Shown piece after piece: positions 61,867-64,000 of a stretch of 64,000 nucleotides of DNA; the first letter of the stretch is position 1; each line of letters starts with the position of its first letter. The notes below the pieces were generated by a model. The model was given only the letters and a program-made list of their open reading frames with translations, made no database searches and was not told the DNA's origin. A program made the position numbers and the translations under genes. The DNA comes from an uncultured Pirellulaceae bacterium (GTDB taxonomy: Bacteria > Planctomycetota > Planctomycetia > Pirellulales > Pirellulaceae), in the NCBI GenBank assembly GCA_937981585.1, contig CALJOA010000073.1, positions 811-64,810 on the forward strand, written 5' to 3'.

Positions 61867-63315
61867 ATGGATCTCGACGCACCCACCAAAATCGAGCCGC
61901 TTGAACAGACTGTTTCACCACAGATCGTACGAGCCGAAACCAACTTCCTTCGGTTCCCTTTGTTTGCTTTAGGAACCAAAAACCTCAAGCGAATTGATTT
62001 CCGCGAATACCAGGGGGCTCGCCATATCAAAACCAAGTCCGGTGAGAAACAGAAAGTCGCTTTCACCTATCGCGTCTCGCGCAACACCGACCAACAATAC
62101 CCCGGCCCACTCGCACGCAAGATCCACTTTGCACTGCTCGCCATGATGCAGCGGCAATCGCACCCGTTCCAAAACCCAGTCAAATTCAAATGGCGGGAAC
62201 TTGCACGAGAAATGGGCATCTCGTTTTCTGGCAGCAAGGTCCAGCGAATGAAAGACGCAATCAAGTCAATTCACGGCGTCTTGATTCTTTCAGAGCACGC
62301 TTTGATCGACGGCGAGTCGCGGAACGCAGTCCGACGCGAAAGGGGACTGCACCTTTACAGCCAATACATATTTCAATCCGAGTTTCTTCCAAACGGAGAA
62401 ATTGCCGATCGCAACTACGTTTACTTTGCCGACTGGTATCTCAACAACTTGAACGCATTCTATTCGGTGCGACTGGACTACGAACTATGGCAACGACTGG
62501 AGCAGCAGTCGCGAAGCGCCAGCCGTCTGCTTGAGTTTGTCACGTTCCTGTTTGGCTCGCAGAACATTCGCCAGATCGGCTACCGAAAACTGGTCCGCTG
62601 CTTGCCAGTCGAGGAATACAAACGAGCCAGCCACGCGGTAAAGCAATTCGATGTTCCACTCAAGCTGCTCACGAAAGAGGGAATTTTTTCATCGTTTGCT
62701 TGGAAGAGGGGAGTCGACGACTTGATTCTCGAACTTCGGCGAAGCAAGGCGAAAACAACAAGCCAGGTTGCAGATCATTTCGGAGAAGACGAAGTAATCA
62801 CTTCAGCCACTGAATCCGTAGCCCAGAATTCACCATCAGAAAAGTTGTTGCAAGACTTCTACCGGCGCTGGCTGAAGATTGAAAAGCCAATCCTGAGTGA
62901 GAAAGACATGCAGCTTGCCAAAGAGCTTGTTGAAATCTACGGCTACGAAACACTGAATTCAGTTTTGCGAAAAGTCATCTCGACTCTCAAAGTCAGCTTT
63001 CCCGACGCCCGATCGTTTTCCGCTGCTCAGCGGATCTTTGAACAGTTGGCTTCTAAAGCAAAAACTAGCCAAGCCGAATCAATCAAAGTCCCATTGTTCG
63101 AAAAAGCCGAAGAAGAATCGCAGCGGCGGAAAATTGAAAACCGCAAACGCATGAAACAGCGTTGGCAAAATCTGTCTTCAACAGAAAAAGCCGAAATCGA
63201 AACGATCGTCAGAAATCGCTCACGATCCCGCAAGCCAAAACCATCAGTTTTTCAACTTCATTGTTGGATGGAAATGGAGCTTCGTCGTCGCGACGATCTT
63301 TCTTCTGAGTCGTAA
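61867..63315 (+). CDS. repA: plasmid-type replication initiator protein A
   Basis: AETNFLRFPLFAL N-terminal motif, F.WRELAREMG wHTH, WY..NL; iterons directly downstream; ATG 61867. Confidence 0.75.
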   Translation: MDLDAPTKIEPLEQTVSPQIVRAETNFLRFPLFALGTKNLKRIDFREYQGARHIKTKSGEKQKVAFTYRVSRNTDQQYPGPLARKIHFALLAMMQRQSHPFQNPVKFKWRELAREMGISFSGSKVQRMKDAIKSIHGVLILSEHALIDGESRNAVRRERGLHLYSQYIFQSEFLPNGEIADRNYVYFADWYLNNLNAFYSVRLDYELWQRLEQQSRSASRLLEFVTFLFGSQNIRQIGYRKLVRCLPVEEYKRASHAVKQFDVPLKLLTKEGIFSSFAWKRGVDDLILELRRSKAKTTSQVADHFGEDEVITSATESVAQNSPSEKLLQDFYRRWLKIEKPILSEKDMQLAKELVEIYGYETLNSVLRKVISTLKVSFPDARSFSAAQRIFEQLASKAKTSQAESIKVPLFEKAEEESQRRKIENRKRMKQRWQNLSSTEKAEIETIVRNRSRSRKPKPSVFQLHCWMEMELRRRDDLSSES

Positions 63316-63409
63316 ATCCTTAACGAATCCTTCCATTGAGGAATTTGTAAATCTTGTAAGACTTGCAGATTCCGAATCTGGCTTATCCAAGCCGTCCAGC
63401 GACCAAGTC

Positions 63410-63519
63410 CGTGGTTCGAGGGTCTCAAAAGCGTGGTTCCATGGTCTCACTTTTGGAAATTGATGGTCTCAGAGTCGGAAGTCCATGGTCTCAACAACGT
63501 GGTTTCAGGGTCTCACTTA
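63410..63519 (+). repeat. five 22-bp iterons (putative replication origin)
   Basis: Invariant GGTCTCA at 63421, 63443, 63465, 63487, 63509 (exact 22-bp period); units such as CGTGGTTCCATGGTCTCACTTT. Confidence 0.85.
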
Positions 63520-63662
63520 AGCTGTACCGAAAGGTGTACCAAAGGGTGGGCACGGAAGGCCCACTTTCAAACATTGCGATCGGCAGGAGCCATCGCCCGC
63601 AAATAGCTGTCACCAGCCAACAACTTCTTGGTAGGCGACGGCACGTGGCGCGGGGTGGAACC

Positions 63663-63732
63663 CCCGCCCCCGAGGTTTCGACTATTGTCATTGAGGCACA
63701 CGCCATCCATGACGCTCAACCTCGGGGGCGGG
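63663..63732. repeat. perfect 15-bp inverted repeat with 40-nt spacer
   Basis: CCCGCCCCCGAGGTT ... AACCTCGGGGGCGGG followed by a T-rich run. Confidence 0.7.
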
Positions 63733-64000
63733 ACTTCCTTTTTGTTTTCGAATGAAGTTCCTGTCCCGCCACGGCCGTCGCAGACGGCGTCGTTTGCTTA
63801 CGGCAAACGACCACGGCGCTTAGCGATGTCAAACTTCAGTCGTTGGACCTACTATACTTTGTCTCGTTTCCAAGCAATTCATTTAAACGTCTACCTGCTA
63901 GTTCGGCTCTAGCTACCGTACTACGCGTTACAACCGTGTCCCACTCCAACCCCAAAACCACCTTCACTTTTGTCCCCGAGCCTAACTCTGGCGCCTTGAT

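Larger units (their letters stand above)
56657..64000. mobile_element. plasmid/ICE-like element (left part; runs out of window)
   Basis: Cluster of RadC, XRE regulator, VirD4-like ATPase, Par-like protein, RepA and iterons. No integrase or att site seen, so boundaries are approximate. Confidence 0.65.

Noticed and set aside
63410-63519. Regularly spaced repeats as a mini CRISPR array
   Set aside because: The 22-bp period is too short for repeat plus spacer, no cas genes are present, and the position after rep fits iterons.
63363-63912. ORFs of 130, 71 and 94 aa after repA
   Set aside because: They overlap the iterons and hairpin, have no motifs and show no clear RBS.

Overview
The window looks like planctomycete (Pirellulaceae-like) chromosome; this is inferred from the DUF1549/DUF1553-DUF1501 pair, the sulfatase, the CsrA-REC fusion and the REP-like palindromes. 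From 5' to 3' it holds six blocks. (1) 1-14.4 kb: a Wzx/Wzy-type exopolysaccharide locus with a sulfotransferase, interrupted by an unusual sulfatase/lectin-like/HExxH-peptidase/VHL-like fusion gene. (2) 14.7-23.5 kb: a signal-peptide KatG flanked by inverted repeats, a DUF1501/PSD1-cytochrome c pair and a nitroreductase. (3) 23.5-29.2 kb: photoprotection-type genes (photolyase-renalase fusion, TIGR03643, Lacal_2735-like, YbjT-like SDR). (4) 29.5-37.7 kb: a nucleotidyltransferase, a complete type I Wadjet (jetABCD) and a truncated GxxExxY gene. (5) 38-56.3 kb: an 18-kb co-oriented signalling cluster with heme oxygenase, an HWE bacteriophytochrome (His260-to-Tyr variant), two Cph1-type PAS kinases, an Rcp1-like receiver, three tandem CheB-CheR fusions with no chemoreceptor in the window, and a CsrA-REC output. 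The coiled coils of the CheB-CheR fusions carry chemoreceptor-type EExx(A/S)(S/T) methylation heptads. This cluster is the best candidate for an undescribed system: light sensing with methylation memory, ending in translational control. (6) 56.6-64 kb: the left part of a plasmid/ICE-like element (RadC, XRE, VirD4-like ATPase, a Par-like HTH/coiled-coil gene containing about 20 internal DNA repeats, RepA and five 22-bp iterons). All family calls come from motif recognition by eye; no database searches were run.
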